Source: Mobula hypostoma (lineage: Eukaryota). From it: a stretch of DNA of 64,000 nt. The translations under genes were made by a program, and so were the position numbers. The notes beneath the pieces are model-generated. The model was given only the letters and a program-made list of their open reading frames with translations. It made no database searches and was not told the DNA's origin. Positions 38,311 to 52,800 of the stretch are shown here, in pieces; position 1 is the first letter of the stretch; every line of letters begins with the position of its first letter. The stretch is from positions 102,860,001 to 102,924,000 of the forward strand of contig NC_086107.1 of NCBI RefSeq assembly GCF_963921235.1, in the 5' to 3' direction.

Positions 38311-39329
38311 TCGTATCTCAAATGGCTGAGTTTCACATAACCACTATCACGAGGAGAGCTTCTGCCTCATCTGCTTGCATCTACATACATCCAGTTAACG
38401 TGTTCTTTAGCAGGAGCACCCAATTCCATTAAACACTGTTTCTTTGCCAAGAAATACAATCAGTCCCCAAATCAGAATTTATTTATTTATAAAAGGTCAG
38501 ACCAAGGAAACTAGGCACTGCAGTTGATTTTGATCAGAGGTTCCTGGTACTAGACAAAGAGCTGGTAACAAATCATCTGACAGTGTTCAAAAAATAGAAC
38601 ATGGAATGACTGGTTGCCCAGGACACTGGATTGTGTTACAGAGCCTTTGAAATCAATGACTAGAACTTGGAAACAGAGAAAATAGGGAATCTTGCTGTGG
38701 AGTTGTGTTTTGGATTGTAAATGCCACCTTAAGAGCACACGAAACAGACCAGCAGCTCAAATTTTAAATCTATGATAATAATGACTCTTTTTATATCTCA
38801 TTTATTGGAGCAGTCAGCTGTGAATGTATGGCAACATTACCAAATGTTTTAATATGCTTGAGATGTCACTGCTGCATGACAGAGCAGCCTCCGTGGACAC
38901 TAAACAGAAGCACACACTTTCCTAAAGCCAAGGCTATTCCAGGCAACCAGCGGCAAATCATAGAACTGGACAAAGGAAGAGTCCTTCAGGTAGAGCCCTG
39001 TAGCATCAGCAATACAAGACAGCACAAAGTTCAATAGCTCAAACTTATTAGCACAACAAAACAAGCTACCGTTACAACAAATAGTGGACAAATCGCAACA
39101 AAGGAACTTCAAAAATCAGTTTTTACGTATTGCATGGAATGAAGTGCTCTATAAAACAATAGCAGGGCCAGTATTTTTGTTTGTAAATTGACAGTGAAGG
39201 ACAGAGCAAATCTGAAAGACCTGTCAACTTCACATGTCATGACTATCTAACAATAAAAATGCAACTGATTATACAATGGTGATTCAAGAACCAGGAATAA
39301 AAATATACTGGCAGAATTCTACAAGGTAG

Positions 39330-40135
39330 GAGAGGTGGAGCTAAGTAGTTATGGCACCCAACAGTGACTCCTTTGTTTGCACCTTCAAAAACAGTCCTAT
39401 TTCCATCTTTAATATCTCTATTTTTCCTTTTCAGGGTTCTTTTGAAGACCCTGACCTGGAGTTACACGCTGACTATGGATCTTTGCAGGAATGGGACCCA
39501 CTGCAGGGGTTCCACAATCGGCTGCTATTCAGCATGCCAAAGACTCGGTCTAAGATTTCGGCACAGTTTCAGAAGCCTAAGATCGAGTAACTGGAGATGG
39601 GTGAATCGAGGGTCGGTGTCGCCACAGGAGATCCGTGTGTCATTGGGGGAGTTGGAACATCTGCTATGTGCCCAGGATCCTTGCGATCTCCAGGCACAGA
39701 GCTTGAGAAAAGCGACATAACGGACTTTTAATATCATAAACCAGCGAGTTGTTTGTTATCTCTCCTGCTTGTTGGCAAATGGAACGGAGTCACCTCTTTC
39801 TCCCTTATTAGGGGAGAGAGCCTGAAGCACGTCGAATTATCGGGTGAACAACGTAGTCTTTGGGGTAACTGCAAGTCTGTGTCTTTGCTATTGCTTTGCT
39901 CACACTGAGTGCCAGTAGCGGGTGCACTTTATTTTTGCCGGTGGGGGGAGGGGTATTGTTGCTTGCTGCCGCTTACGCGCGGGAGGGAGAGGAGCTGGGG
40001 GGGCACTTTGGGGTTCTAACATTTAACTGTCATTCATTCTTTGGGGCGCTCCTCTGTTTTCGTAGATGGTTGGGAAGAAAAAGCATTTCAGGATGTATAT
40101 TGTATACATTTCTCTGACATTAAATATACTTTTGA
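39330..40135 (+). mobile_element. Non-coding interspersed repeat, copy 2
   Basis: Collinear with 13259-14075; a related 3' part is at about 1400-2120. Confidence 0.7.
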
Positions 40136-40155
40136 ATACAGAGTCAATGCAAGTA

Positions 40156-41054
40156 CAGTGGATTCTGGTTAACTGGCCCATTGGTTAACTGGGACGATGC
40201 TTATTTGGGACAACTTTTAAAGAAAAGAAAAACTAAATAGGAAAAATAGTCCAGATTCCCTTAATCTATTTGGGACACTGCCACTTAATTGGGACAGGAG
40301 ACTGTTGCTGAACAATTTCTAACTAGCATCAGTCTTACGCAGTACACTGTGCTTAAAAGGGAACAGTTTTTAAATAGCATCAGTTGTGTATGCTTTATGT
40401 TCAAAAAGCAGTGATTTCTGTCAGAGTTGGCTAGAAATAAGCAGCAAGACAATTCAGAACTGTTTTGCTCTCTACGGTTTCAAGCATTCAGGTTTGGAAG
40501 GTCAGAAACAACCAGAAGTGAAAAAGAATCAATTTTACTATTTCAAGTTAGGAACTACAAAGAATTTGAAGGTACTGACAATCATTTTGAATACAGACAT
40601 CCCACCTCTCCCGGGAGTCTTCCGCAAATTGATGGTGCTACCTCCTTGAAATGAGTTTTTGCAGGGTGGGATGCCCGTGAAAGTTACAATGAAAGTGAAG
40701 ATTTGGAGAACATAATCCTCAAAAGCATTGCACACAGTCCATGATCTGCACTAGGTTCTTGGACTGATTTTGTTCATTTACAGTCTATCAAAAGAATAAG
40801 ACAGCATACACTGAATAAATTCCTGTCCACAACTATTAGGAACTAAGACAGCTTTTTAGTACAGTAGCAGATTTCAAAGTGTTACAATTTGTTCTGTATT
40901 TCATTTAAAAACATAATTTGTTACTCAGATAAACAGTACTGTGTTCTTTATACCTTTTAAATTATTTCCATAAAACTTCAGCTAATTGGGGCAGCTGCTT
41001 AACTGGGCCAAAATGTACAGATCCCAAAGTGTCCCAATTAACCAGAATCCACTG
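40156..41054 (+). mobile_element. Tigger/pogo-like deletion derivative
   Basis: TIR CAGTGGATTCTGGTTAA / TTAACCAGAATCCACTG with TA TSD on both sides. Residual WLEISSKTIQNCFALYGFK resembles a pogo transposase C-terminus. Confidence 0.8.
40594..40677. mobile_element. 84-bp mini-MITE equal to the right-hand module of 20145-20725
   Basis: CAGACATCCCACC...GGTGGGATGCCCG matches 20642-20725; flanks TGAATA/TGAAAG. Confidence 0.75.
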
Positions 41055-41274
41055 TATTTTCAGAAGTTGAATGTAATTTGAACACAACACCATTAACTTT
41101 GAAGGTTCATTTGTGGCAGTCATTTACTACGTATCCGTGGGATGGTGCACCACTCCAATGTACCATCCTATAGAACAACACAATTAGACGGCACCTTACT
41201 TTAACCATTACTAACATTCTCACAATTCAAATCTTAGATAATTTGATATATTTAAATGCCTTGAGTATCTAAAC

Positions 41275-41363
41275 CAGGGATTGCCAACTTTTTTTTAAAA
41301 AATGCCATGGACCACTAATATTCATTAACATTTTGTTTGTGGACCACAGGTTGGGAATAAATG
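41275..41363. mobile_element. Short hAT/Charlie-type MITE
   Basis: CAGGGATTGCCAAC...GTTGGGAATAAATG with perfect 8-bp TSD ATCTAAAC (41267-41274, 41364-41371). A related copy lies at about 25557-25635. Confidence 0.7.
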
Positions 41364-42755
41364 ATCTAAACCAAGCTCTACAGCTTCACTTTCATTGAAT
41401 ATTTTTGCTTTTATTAGCATTTAAATTAATTAGTATTAACTAAAATTCAGCAATATCCCAGCATAATGCTAATTTAACTCAAATTTGAACTGTGCAAACT
41501 ATTCGAACTATTTCAAGACCCAAAATGTCAACCATCCGTTTACTTCTACAGATAGTGTTCTATCCGTTTGTTATACATTAACGAATTTCTCTCCTTCCAC
41601 TGGTGATACCCGACCCACTGAGCATTTCTCCTATTTTCTGTTTTCACTTCATTGCATATTGAGCATTTCATAGAATATTTATTAGTGTGCCAGCAAGAAC
41701 AGAAGGTTGAAGTTACCCAGCATAGCCAAGATGAAAACAACAAAACCCACTGCCTGTCACTCTAGGCAGTGATCATTATTATTTAAGTACAGAGTGGGCT
41801 GCCTCAGTATTCAGGTTGAGCATTTCAAAAAGCCAATTTTCTCAAAATCAATTGAAACTGAGAAATCACAAGCCACTTTTGGTGTAACCCAAAGGAGGAT
41901 ACACATTTTACTGAAGTAATTTCCACCATCAACTCTCTACATGAATTCGGAGAATAAATCGATGCAGCAACAGCATCCTGTACACCACTGCTGCCACTGG
42001 AGGAAGGTGCCTGCATGTGGCAGTCTCTTCTCTTCACCCCCCTCCACCCCAAATTTGCTTGATGCTCCCAAAGGAAGGTCCCTCCCTGCATCTGAATGAT
42101 CTCCCTCTCAATGGTGCTGGAGCCCTGGGTCTTGAGCAAGGTTTAATCAAGGCTATTTTTGGATTGGACTCTGTAGTTCACATTGTGATATGTTTCTGGT
42201 TCCTGGTTGGTTGCTCCTTTTTTTGTTGCTATTTTGGGCAAATTGACAAAGTGGCTGTGGGAAGACAGAATCTCAGGGTTGTGTACTGTATACGTACTTT
42301 GAGCCACTGGTTTGCGATTCTACCAGTTTTTTGTTTGGGTTGTTAAAGGCAAAATTGTGCATAACGTGGCAATTAGACTCAACGGACAACACGATCAAAT
42401 ATGGTTGTTTGTCTGAACTGTGATCAAAAATGAAAATTTAACTACTTAATTTCCACCTTTTGAAAGGGGTGACTTGAGTTGGAATTTCCTTTATCAGAAC
42501 CTGGAATCCTTAGCACAGCCCTCAGTAGATCCTAAATGCAAAGCCCAACACAGCAAGTAACAGAAGGTAGCTGGATGGTAAGGGAGTAACAGGATAGGCC
42601 AACCCAATACATAACAGTCACTAACATATGTTTCCCAGTAGGGTTCACAGGATGCTCATCAGGAGTAGAAGCCCTACCTGACTGGGTTGAAACAGCAGAA
42701 CAATGTCAACACAAATTCTATCGACATTTGAGTACGATCAGTAATCAAATTAGAT

Positions 42756-43823
42756 CACAAACAAGAGGAAATCTGCAGATGCTGGAAATCCAAGCAACAC
42801 ACGCAAAATGCTGGAGGAACTCAGCAAGCCAAACAACTACTATGGAAAACAGTACAAATGACATTTCGGGACAAGACCCTTCAGCAGGACTGGAGAAAAA
42901 AAATGACTCAGAGTTACAAGGTGGAGGGAAGAATTTCTCTTCTGTTTTGCACACGTCTGCCCTCACCCCACCAGGGACAGGATTTGTCTTGTCCTCACCT
43001 ACCACCCCATCAGCCTCCACGTCCAGTACATAATTTTCCACCTGTCCCTCCCCACTAATCTCCCTCCTGGCACTTATCCTTGTAAGCTGAACAAGTGCTA
43101 CACCTGCCCCTACACCACCTCCCTCACTACCAATCAGGGCCGCAAACAGTCCTTCCAGGTGAGGTGACACTTCACCTGAGAGTCTGTTGGGGTCATCTAC
43201 TCTATCTGGTGCTCCTGATGTGGCATCCTGTGTACTGGTGAGACCTGATGTAGATTGGGAGACCACTTTGTCAAGGACCTATGCACCGTCCGCCAGAAAA
43301 AGTGGATCTCCCAGTGGCCAACCATTTTAGTTCCACTTCCCATTCTGACATGTCAGTCCACGGCCTCCTCTAATGTCGCGATTAGGCCACACTCAGGTTG
43401 GAGGAGTAACACTTTATATTCCATCTTGGTAGCCTGATGGCATGAACATCTATTTCTTGAGCTTCCAGCAATGCCCAACCCCACCTTTACCATTCTCTTT
43501 TCCCTCTCACCTCATCTCCTTACCTGCCCATCACCTCCTTCTGGTGCCCGCCTTTTCTTTCTTCCATAACCTTCTGTCTTCTATCAGATTCCTCCTTCTC
43601 CAGCCCTATATCTCTTTCACCAATCAACTTCCCAGCTCTTTACTTCATCCCACCCCCTCCCAGTTTCACCTTGTGTTTCTTCCTCCCCTCTCCCTACCTT
43701 CTAACTCTGACTCTTCATCGTTTTTTCCTCCAGTCCTGATGAAGGTTCTTGGCCTGAAACGTCGACTGTACTCTTTTCCATAGATGCTGCCTGGCCTGCT
43801 GAGTTCCTCCAGCATTTTGTGTG
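42756..43823 (+). mobile_element. Degenerate Penelope-like element (Neptune-like) with inverted 5' terminal segment
   Basis: About 43065-43440 translates PPGTYPCKLNKCYTCPY...HFT*ESVGVIYSIWCS*CGILCTGET*CRLGDHF, a Cys-rich linker plus decayed VIY/YIGET GIY-YIG. 42756-42930 is an inverted copy of the terminus. Possible decayed TSD TCAAATTAGAT / TCAAACTAGTT. Confidence 0.8.
43732..43767 (+). ncRNA. Minimal hammerhead ribozyme
   Basis: AGTC CTGATGA AGGttcttggCCT GAAA C GTC^GACT. Changes versus other copies fall only at N7 and in loop II. Confidence 0.75.
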
Positions 43824-46800
43824 TCAAACTAGTTGGTTTAGTTTAGCCACATTTTCTTCCAACTGAAGAACAGTACTGGCCCTGTCAGAATTAAGCAGAT
43901 CCAGCACCCTGCTGAGCTCCAATTTACTGTCAAATTTCTCCCTTAGGACAGTGAAGGCTACTCCTTGTGCTTGGGTACAGAAGGTTTCAAGTATCTTTTT
44001 CTGCAATGCCATCCTGTCCCGTTTTCTCTCTCCATGTGTCTGTCAGAAGGTTGACAATAAACTATTCTCATTACTCTGCCAAGCATTTGCAAAAGCTGCA
44101 TGTGGGTGACCCAGATTACATCACCTGCTATTTTCTCTTCCTGTAACAACTTCAGCTTTTACAAAGATAGAAAGTTGATCAGCTGAGAAACTTGGAAGTG
44201 CAAATTCACAGCCCATTAACAAGCAATGCAGAGGTGCAGCTTCAGATTAACTCTTCAATTCTAGTGCAGCATCAGAGGAAATGCTCATGTTTTGCAACAA
44301 GACAAAATCACTGATATAAAAACCGAAAGAAAAATGGGTAATCTTTCACCTCGTGATGATCTATTACATCTTGCTTAATTGCATAAGAATTGAGGCTTAA
44401 AACACACAGATAGAAACACATTGAACATACGACTAAAGGGTACAGAAAGGCCATTGCTGTAAACTGGAATCACTATTTGTAACACTAGTATCCAAATGGT
44501 AGACCAGTAACAAAAGTACTTCACTTGCAGAGTAAAATCTTGTCAATGGCTGCAAGAGTCCAAAATTTTAAAGCCCACCTGCCAACTTCAACAAATTCTC
44601 CCCCACCACTTCCCCAATAAGCCCCAAATTCCTCAAAATTCACTTCATAGCTTTCTGCAGATGCTGTGCTGAAAATGATACACAATTCCTAGAATGTCCC
44701 AGCCTGTACATCACCAGGACATCAACAAGAGTAGTGTGGTCCGGAGAAAAGGCTTTTAGTCCTGGTGACTAAGCGTTTGAGAAAAAAAGGGGGTGGGGAG
44801 AGTAGAAAACAATTCCACTTTCCACACCACTTCTCTCACTAGATAAATGCTGTCCTCATTTTCAGAATCTGATTACAGTACGTCACTCTGACACAGCAAA
44901 TGGACACCTATGCTTACTGAATTACACTAGCTCCTGAAATGGTAAATACTTCAAACTTAAATATTTGCCTTGCTTTTTCAGTGCTTCCAGCTCAATCTCT
45001 AAGATTATTTTCACTAATACAACCCACAAATTTGTGCATCTCCAATTTAGCATCTTACAGCCTGATCCAGCCATCTGGCCTCAGAAAATAGTATTCACCC
45101 ACTAAGCTTCAAGATTTTCTTCAAAGCTTTACTGCTGTGCCCTAGGCCTCTAATCATCAGCTCAAGTATCTCCTTATGCAGTTATATGTCAAATTTTGCT
45201 GTGAAATGCCTTGGGGTATTTTGGCAAATTAAGGAGTTCGGATACGTGGCACGGTGGGGGTAGTTGGGTAGAGATCTAAGAGGCAAGAGATAATTTTATC
45301 AGACTTATGAAACTATGTTCCTCAATAAGAACTTGCATACTTTAAAATCATTTTGTATGACTTCTCCATGGCTCCTCTATTTCATTCTCACTCAGTCTAA
45401 TGCCATTTAACCTGGAGCTGTGCTAGTCTAAACGTATATTACATTTCATCTGGAAAATATACGTACCTACATTCTTACCTCTTTCACAGAAATATAAATT
45501 CTATGAATAGCTTAGGCAGCAATATCTTCAATAATCTGAATGACCACCACCCCCCATGAGCAAACTCAGTACTTAAATTGCCACCAGCCACCATATGTAC
45601 CTTCAACACAAGAATACGCTCCAAAACAGCACAACTAACCAAGTCCCACATACAAACAGGTGACCTCAGCTTCATAAATCCACCAGACCAAAGCAATTTA
45701 TCTCAAGCCATTCAATGACTTGAGCTACTCAGTTGCATGGGGTAGAAAATAACAAAGATTCTTAACTGATCTATTTTAATTGTATTTTTATTTTGAAATT
45801 ATGTAGCCCATTTCCACCTTTCCAGTTTCCCCTCAATAGCCCTCAAGGGAATACTCCTTTAGAACTTACCTTGCTTAATGTATAGAAGTTCACCCATTTC
45901 TTCCAATGTTCAAACAAGCACAGGCCAAACAGCTCAACCTGTCCTAAACAATCCCTTTAACCCCAGAATCAAACAAATGAACAAGTCTTAATTACCCCTA
46001 ATGCCAACAAGGAAATATCTATATGCATGACACAATATGGACTCAGTTGTAATGAAACCTTCCTACTTTTATGAACTACCCTTTACGCCACATTGATCAA
46101 CATTCCATAGAGTTCCACACAATATTCTGCTTTCTTATCTTCCCAGCAGACCGGATAGTGTCAGGTGTTCAGGGTCAGATATGTATCCACACAGCTTTGT
46201 AGGCCAAATCTGCTTCAACTTGTTTTCTCCTTTTATCTTTGCACTGTCAGCAAACTTGATAACAATGGCTTCACCCAAGCCACATCCCACTCATTATAAT
46301 TTAGTCATCTGGAAAAGAACTTGTTTACCCAACATAATTTCTCACAGAATATATTAGCCCCAACATCATGATCCATTAGCCCACCCAATAATCTTGTGAA
46401 ATCCATTCAGGTGCCCATGATTCATCCTCAAAGCTGTAAAGTTGATTCACTTTTCATAAAACCATATCAACACTGCTTGATTGTATGAGGATTTTTAAAA
46501 TATCTTGATACTACTCCCTCAATAATTAATTCATATTCTAAATTCCTTTCTCAGAGAGGCATGACATCTGTCATTTCTAATGTGGGACCTTTTAAGAATG
46601 AAGTTAAGGAAGATCTTGACATTGCATCCCCATTAGTAGCCCTGTTTTCCAAATGCTAGGGTGCATTGCATTGGATCCAGAGAATGTGTCAGCTATTAAT
46701 CTTATTTTAGTTTCTTTGCTTCTTTTCTATAGTAACTTTGGTTTGAATACTTCCCTCTACCTTGCTGTGGATTTTTTTTTACTGAAATGTACCAAATGTG

Positions 46801-49800
46801 TCTCTGCAGTGTCCTTGCTTCCTATTATTAATTCTGCAGTCTCATCGTCCCAGGGATCAACATTTACACAAGCTATTTACTCTTTCATACATTAGAATCT
46901 GCTTTTATTTTGCTGGCTAGCTAATCCTCCATCCATTTCTCTTGTTTTTGATTTGATCACTTCTTCAGACCTTTTTCATTATACTTTTACTTTTAACTTT
47001 AGTTAACTGAAGATGGATCATTTTTTGCCTCTATTCCTCAAGGAAATATCCTTGTCGAGAATCCAAAATGTCTATCATTTTTCATCTATTAGCTCACCTT
47101 ATCTAGTTGTCCAACCCACTTCAGCCATTTCAGTCTTCAAACCTTAGAAACTACCTTTAAGGCATTAATTTCCAACTGCCACTTCCCAAACAATGTGAAA
47201 TTCTACAAATACTTTCCCAAGGATCTTCATTACAAATTCATTAATACACAAACATATTTAACAGTCTATTCCATGGTTTATGTCACATTTTATAAAAACT
47301 CAAAAAAACTGACCTCATCCTTAGATCAATTTTTGCCAATTTCCTTAACTCATACTCCACCTTACATTATAACTAATGCTTGTAGACTGTTCCTACCAAT
47401 TACCCCTCCCCCATCATCTCCACTGACTGATTCTAAATGTTGATTTTGAAAAGTCATTTCTCACTACAAAACCGATCTTAGCTTCTGATACAACTACCTC
47501 ATGTATTTTGAAATGTCAGGCAAACCAACATATTCAGCTCCCAAAGCTGGCCACCTTGCCATCACATTTCAGTAACAGCAGTTTTATTGATTCCATTAGT
47601 GCCATCAATTAATTTAACTTGTTACAAAACGTGTGCATTTTTGAGCTTATAATGTATTTTTTTGGACTCTTCGGTTTATGACGTGTTCTAGTTCCGGCTG
47701 CTCCTTTTTGTTACTACTTTTGGGCAACTTTTGAATCGGGGTGGCCTGCTGGTAATGAACACCGAGCTGAACTGTACTGAAAAATGCGTTTTGATTTTTA
47801 TTCTGTGATTTTGCTCGATTTTTTGCTCCAATTTGTGCAATTATTTTTGTGCGGGGAGGGGGAGAGAGGAAGATTTGATATTTTTCTTTGAATGGGTTGG
47901 TTCCGTGGTTGTTCTTTGTTTCATGACCATCTGTGGGAAGATGAATTTCAGGATTGTATACTGCATACATACTTGATAATAAATGTACTTTAAACTTGGA
48001 TTTTTCGCTATTCCCCCCAGACTTTATTTGCAGGTGCACTCAAGTTTGTAGACATCACCTCCTGTTAACACTCCACTATCATAACCCATTTTAGTACCCT
48101 CATTATTCCCTTTGCCCTTTGTCTAAAATACTCCCTCAATTGAACCATTCCTCTCAAACCCCACCCAACCTATCAATTTAAAACCTTATCTATAGATCTA
48201 ATTATTCAGTTCACCAGGTCATTACTCCTGCAAAATTCAAGCCCCCACTGTCCTAGTACCATAACTCCTTTTGCAGTACTGGGGGCAAAGCAGTACGAAT
48301 TACCAGAGATCTCAGAATTAAGGCAGACATTCAATACACTAATCTTTTATCAATCTAAGAAAATTTTGGACAGGGCTCCAGGATGATCACCTTTGAGATT
48401 TTGCTTTATTCCCTTGGATTCCAGTGTTCGTACTTAATTAATGAACAGTGTTCATTAAAGGGATTGCGCACCACAATTAATATTTTTCCCCATGTACCTC
48501 GTTCTTCTGCAGCTCAACGTCTCTAAACTAGGCAACAAAGCATTTGGGATTCATGCCCCTTTATGCAGACAGTTACCTATGCCACCCACTTCCCTCACCC
48601 CTGCCAATTATATTGCCCTCTATTATTACTGGAAAGCTAGTGAGGACTGCCAATATTCAATCAAGTAACTTGCTGGGGCAGGAAAACCTCTGGTTGAAGG
48701 GCAGCCTACCCTCACTGCCTTATCTCACATTAGCATGGACACAGAATGAGGTATTGAAAGTACTTATGAAATTGGAGGAATCAAGCAAAACTGCCTTGCA
48801 AAAGAAAATTAATGCACTAATCATAGGCAATGATTGATTCTTTTCAGAAAGTCAGACCAAGGAAATGCAATAAACTCAAATAATTATATAGAGTATTAAT
48901 GCATTTTTTTTAGAAATAAAATCTGTTCTCAGATAATGCACCTCCAGATTGGGATTTTGCTTGCAAAAAATGCTAGAAATCCATATAAAATGTACAGGCC
49001 AATGTTTAGATTTATAATATTCCAAATGTACATAGTTGGGCAAAACAAAACAGCTTCTGTCAATGTACTCTGAAATCATTTAATTTCATTGATCTACTAT
49101 GAAAAATTATAGCGAGAGGCTTTCCCAAAAAACTGAATATACTCAGTTAATACATTACCCAAGATGAGCTATGGTACATTGCAAATTGAACAATTAAGAA
49201 CATTTTCATGGCAAACTCCATCCAGAATTATGTTTAAAGAAATCACAGCATAAGTTTGGCTATGAAAATATGTTTGCCCGTTGAGCATCAGGTGATTAGC
49301 AACCATATGGCTATTGAACAGCCACTGCTGCATTGTCAATACACCATTTTGTATCAGCGAATGGGATCATCACCACAGCAAACTGATTACTGACTGGACA
49401 CAATACTGTGACACGAGAAGCAAACGCATTCAGAAATATAACAGGCTAACTAAAAATATGACAGGAAATGATTCTAAAGGATTTGGGTTGTTTATAAGTA
49501 GAAGAGTTACCTGCTGGAATTAGGGGCCATAATCTGACTAAGGGATTTAGATATATAATCATAAGAGCACTGCTAGGTCACTTTATACCCATTGTTCAAA
49601 CACCACAATTACCGAGTTATCAGCTTACAACATGCAATTACAATTTCAGTGGTCTCTATTATTCTGCATTAAGACCTTTTCTGTGCCAGCTAGCATACAA
49701 ACAGACACCGGCTGCCAGTGTTCTGGCTGTGACGCCACAGTCACGAGTGGAGTTACAATGTCATGAATGAAGGTTCCACCAGTAGACAATGTCAGTAAGT

Positions 49801-52800
49801 GAAACGCTATTTTGTGTTATAACAGTGTTAAATGCTGCTTTGCTCCCTGCTTTAGAGCAGAGGTAGTCAATCTCTGTGCACACACACAATTATCTTCAGC
49901 ACACTGACTTAGCAACAGATACACAAGGTTTTGATTAGTACTGCCAAATGGTCAATAAAGCCATTGGCATAAAGTCAGAGTTGAAATTTAAAATATTGTA
50001 TACAGGGAAAAAAATTGCATTTCACCACCTATCCACCCCCATTACATCCCCTCCAAGAACACTATGGAAAAGAGCCAGGGATTGAAATAAAGGCTTGCTC
50101 TTACAAACGCCAGCAGTAATAACCTCCCTTCAATGCTTCACAGTTTAGGGTTCCATAGTAATAGGCGGAAACAAGACCTGCTTCTCATTGCACTCTGATG
50201 ACTTCTAAATCAAGACTGCTTACGTTGGGTTGTTGGATAAAAAACAACCTTGCCTGTAATGTCCCCCAACTGAATTTGCTGACATTTGCCAACTCAACAT
50301 CCATACATGCTCTGCTGATCCCAAGAGAAAACGGTCTAATACGGAAGTCAACATTACCAATTTAGTTTTAAATACTTAATAAATTTCAATCTTCCCACCC
50401 TTTAGTAATTATTTGAACCAGAACCCTGGTTTCCCAAAGGAAATTTCTTGTTTTTTCTCACCAATGTTTATCTCTCAGTCCTCAGCTTAACATCACTTTT
50501 CCTCAAAATAAACTTTGCTTTTTTTTTTAAGCTCCTTTTAAAAGGTACAGATGTGAAAAAATTGTAAAGATAAGCACAAAGCTTTGGGAAAATTTCACCT
50601 CATATAAACAGTGTATCATGAATGAACTCTTGTTACATGATTGACATAATATTGTTTTAATTACACAGTTACACCTGCTGTGAAAAGTATACACTGGAAA
50701 AATCATCCCCACCTAGAATTTACTGCCAATTTTGTTCTACTTACACACATTAAACCTGAAGACCCTACACAACAATCAGTAAAAGCAGTTCACACACTTC
50801 TTTGCTTCCACGTTTGAGATCCCTCGCTCTCTTAACATTAACTGACAATCACATGACTGGACATGTCAGTCAGAAGAGTCTGAGATCCCTGCCCCACACC
50901 GGCTACACAAGTAGATTGGACACATGTGACACAAGTGCTCAAAATAGAACTCCTAACAGATATGGAGATCTGGCGAGTAGTTGCAGAACAGGGTCCAGCT
51001 GGTTCATGGAACAGCACAATTGCTGCTCGAGTCTCTAGCAATGGTACCGGTGGTATTTTTGCCCCATATTTATCACGCATTGCAATGTAGTGCTGCCGCT
51101 AAGTTACCAAATTTTACGGCATATGCCAGTGATAGTAAACCAGATTCTGATTCTAATATCATTTGACCTATACTCTACAACATAACCTGTCCATCGTGAG
51201 CAGGCTGAGAAAATAGCCCACCAAGATGTCAGTAATGAAGTTTTGACTGCAAGGGAATCCAAAACTGGGTGGACAAGTAAAAAACGAATAGTAAATCCAC
51301 CAATGCACACAGGAGAAAGCTTGCCTAGAATGCAGAACCAGTCATTGGATGGAGTAATGAGAACCTTAACAGATATTTAAGAGTAAAGCAAAATAGTCTT
51401 TAAGAAATAGAAGGGTGAGAAGGTGGGTGGAGTACAAGCAGCAGGTGGGCTGAGTAATTGGTATCAGTGCTACAGACTAAACAACTATGGAGAGCAGGGA
51501 AAGCAGTTTTTGAACCGGCACACAGTCTTTCATCTGGTGTAACATATTACACCAAAACACTGGCGTTTCTCAACACTCCTGACAAGCTAGGTTGATAGCT
51601 GATGATTTTCAAGGCAAAATCTCCAAAACCAAAGCTGTGGAACTCAAGCCTGCTCTGAAAAATCCAGGGCTGCAGAATGAATAAAGGTGAAGGCAACAGT
51701 CAGTGCTGCAGTACAGCAGCGAGACTAAACAATTGGCAGGACTGATCTCCACCTTTGTTTAGAGTTGATCTCATCAGTGATAATAATGGGGACTGTTGAT
51801 GGCCGAGGTTAGGGAGAAAGTTCTGCTCCTGATAAGCATCTAGCACTTTCTGCTGAAAAGTGCACGTATGTACAACAGATAAGAGCAGGATCAGTTTCTA
51901 CTGCAATGCCCTCTGCTATCAGCTTACCAATATTTACTGCCTAGGCACTTGGGTTTAAAAAAATCCTTTAAAAATTGCAGCTAAACAGTTAGGCAAGGGA
52001 AGGAAAGTGGAATTAAAATCTCTTGACTTTACATACTGAAAAGCCTCCAAGATGAACTAAACACCAAAATGGCAAGATATAGATGAGGAAAGTCTGCAGA
52101 TGCTGGAAATCCAGAGCAACACACAAAATGCTAGAGGAACTCACGCAGCTTCTATGGAAATGAATAGATAGTCAATGTTTCAGGCCAAGTTAGTGATTAT
52201 TCCCTCTAATTGTCATGGGGTGGGGGTAATATTCTGCAAGTCAAAGTCAAATACCTTAATAACAAGCCTCAGACCAGCTCCTAACAATGAAAAATGACCA
52301 GCATCAAGGAGACTATAAGCACTGCAAACTCTGGCAAGCTTAAACAGAATAGCTTACTCTTACTTAGCAGACTGAAACACACCATTAAATGTATCATGTC
52401 ACAACATTTCAGATCTTTAACACAAGTCAGAAGAAAGGAAAACATTTAACTTTCCCCAAGATGCATTTTTACCCCAATTGTGGCTTTTCCTTTCTTTCAG
52501 AGCAGGTTATACAAGCAGTGGAAGAATGAACAATTTACCGAATTTCAATCCATTGGTTTTAAGCAAGCTTCACATTCTTGACAATGTGAAGGACAATGCT
52601 CTCATTACGTCATTCAGTCCCACTCAAAATTCTTCACCCACCATGACCATGATCAACATATGGAAAAGACATCCAGAAAGAGCTCCAAAAATGCAGTCAG
52701 GAGGACACTGTATCTGTGCTGACTCTGCAAGAGACATCTTGTTTGCTCTCCATTGCCCTACCATTTTTCCCTTTATAATATGTATTTAATAGGTATGACT

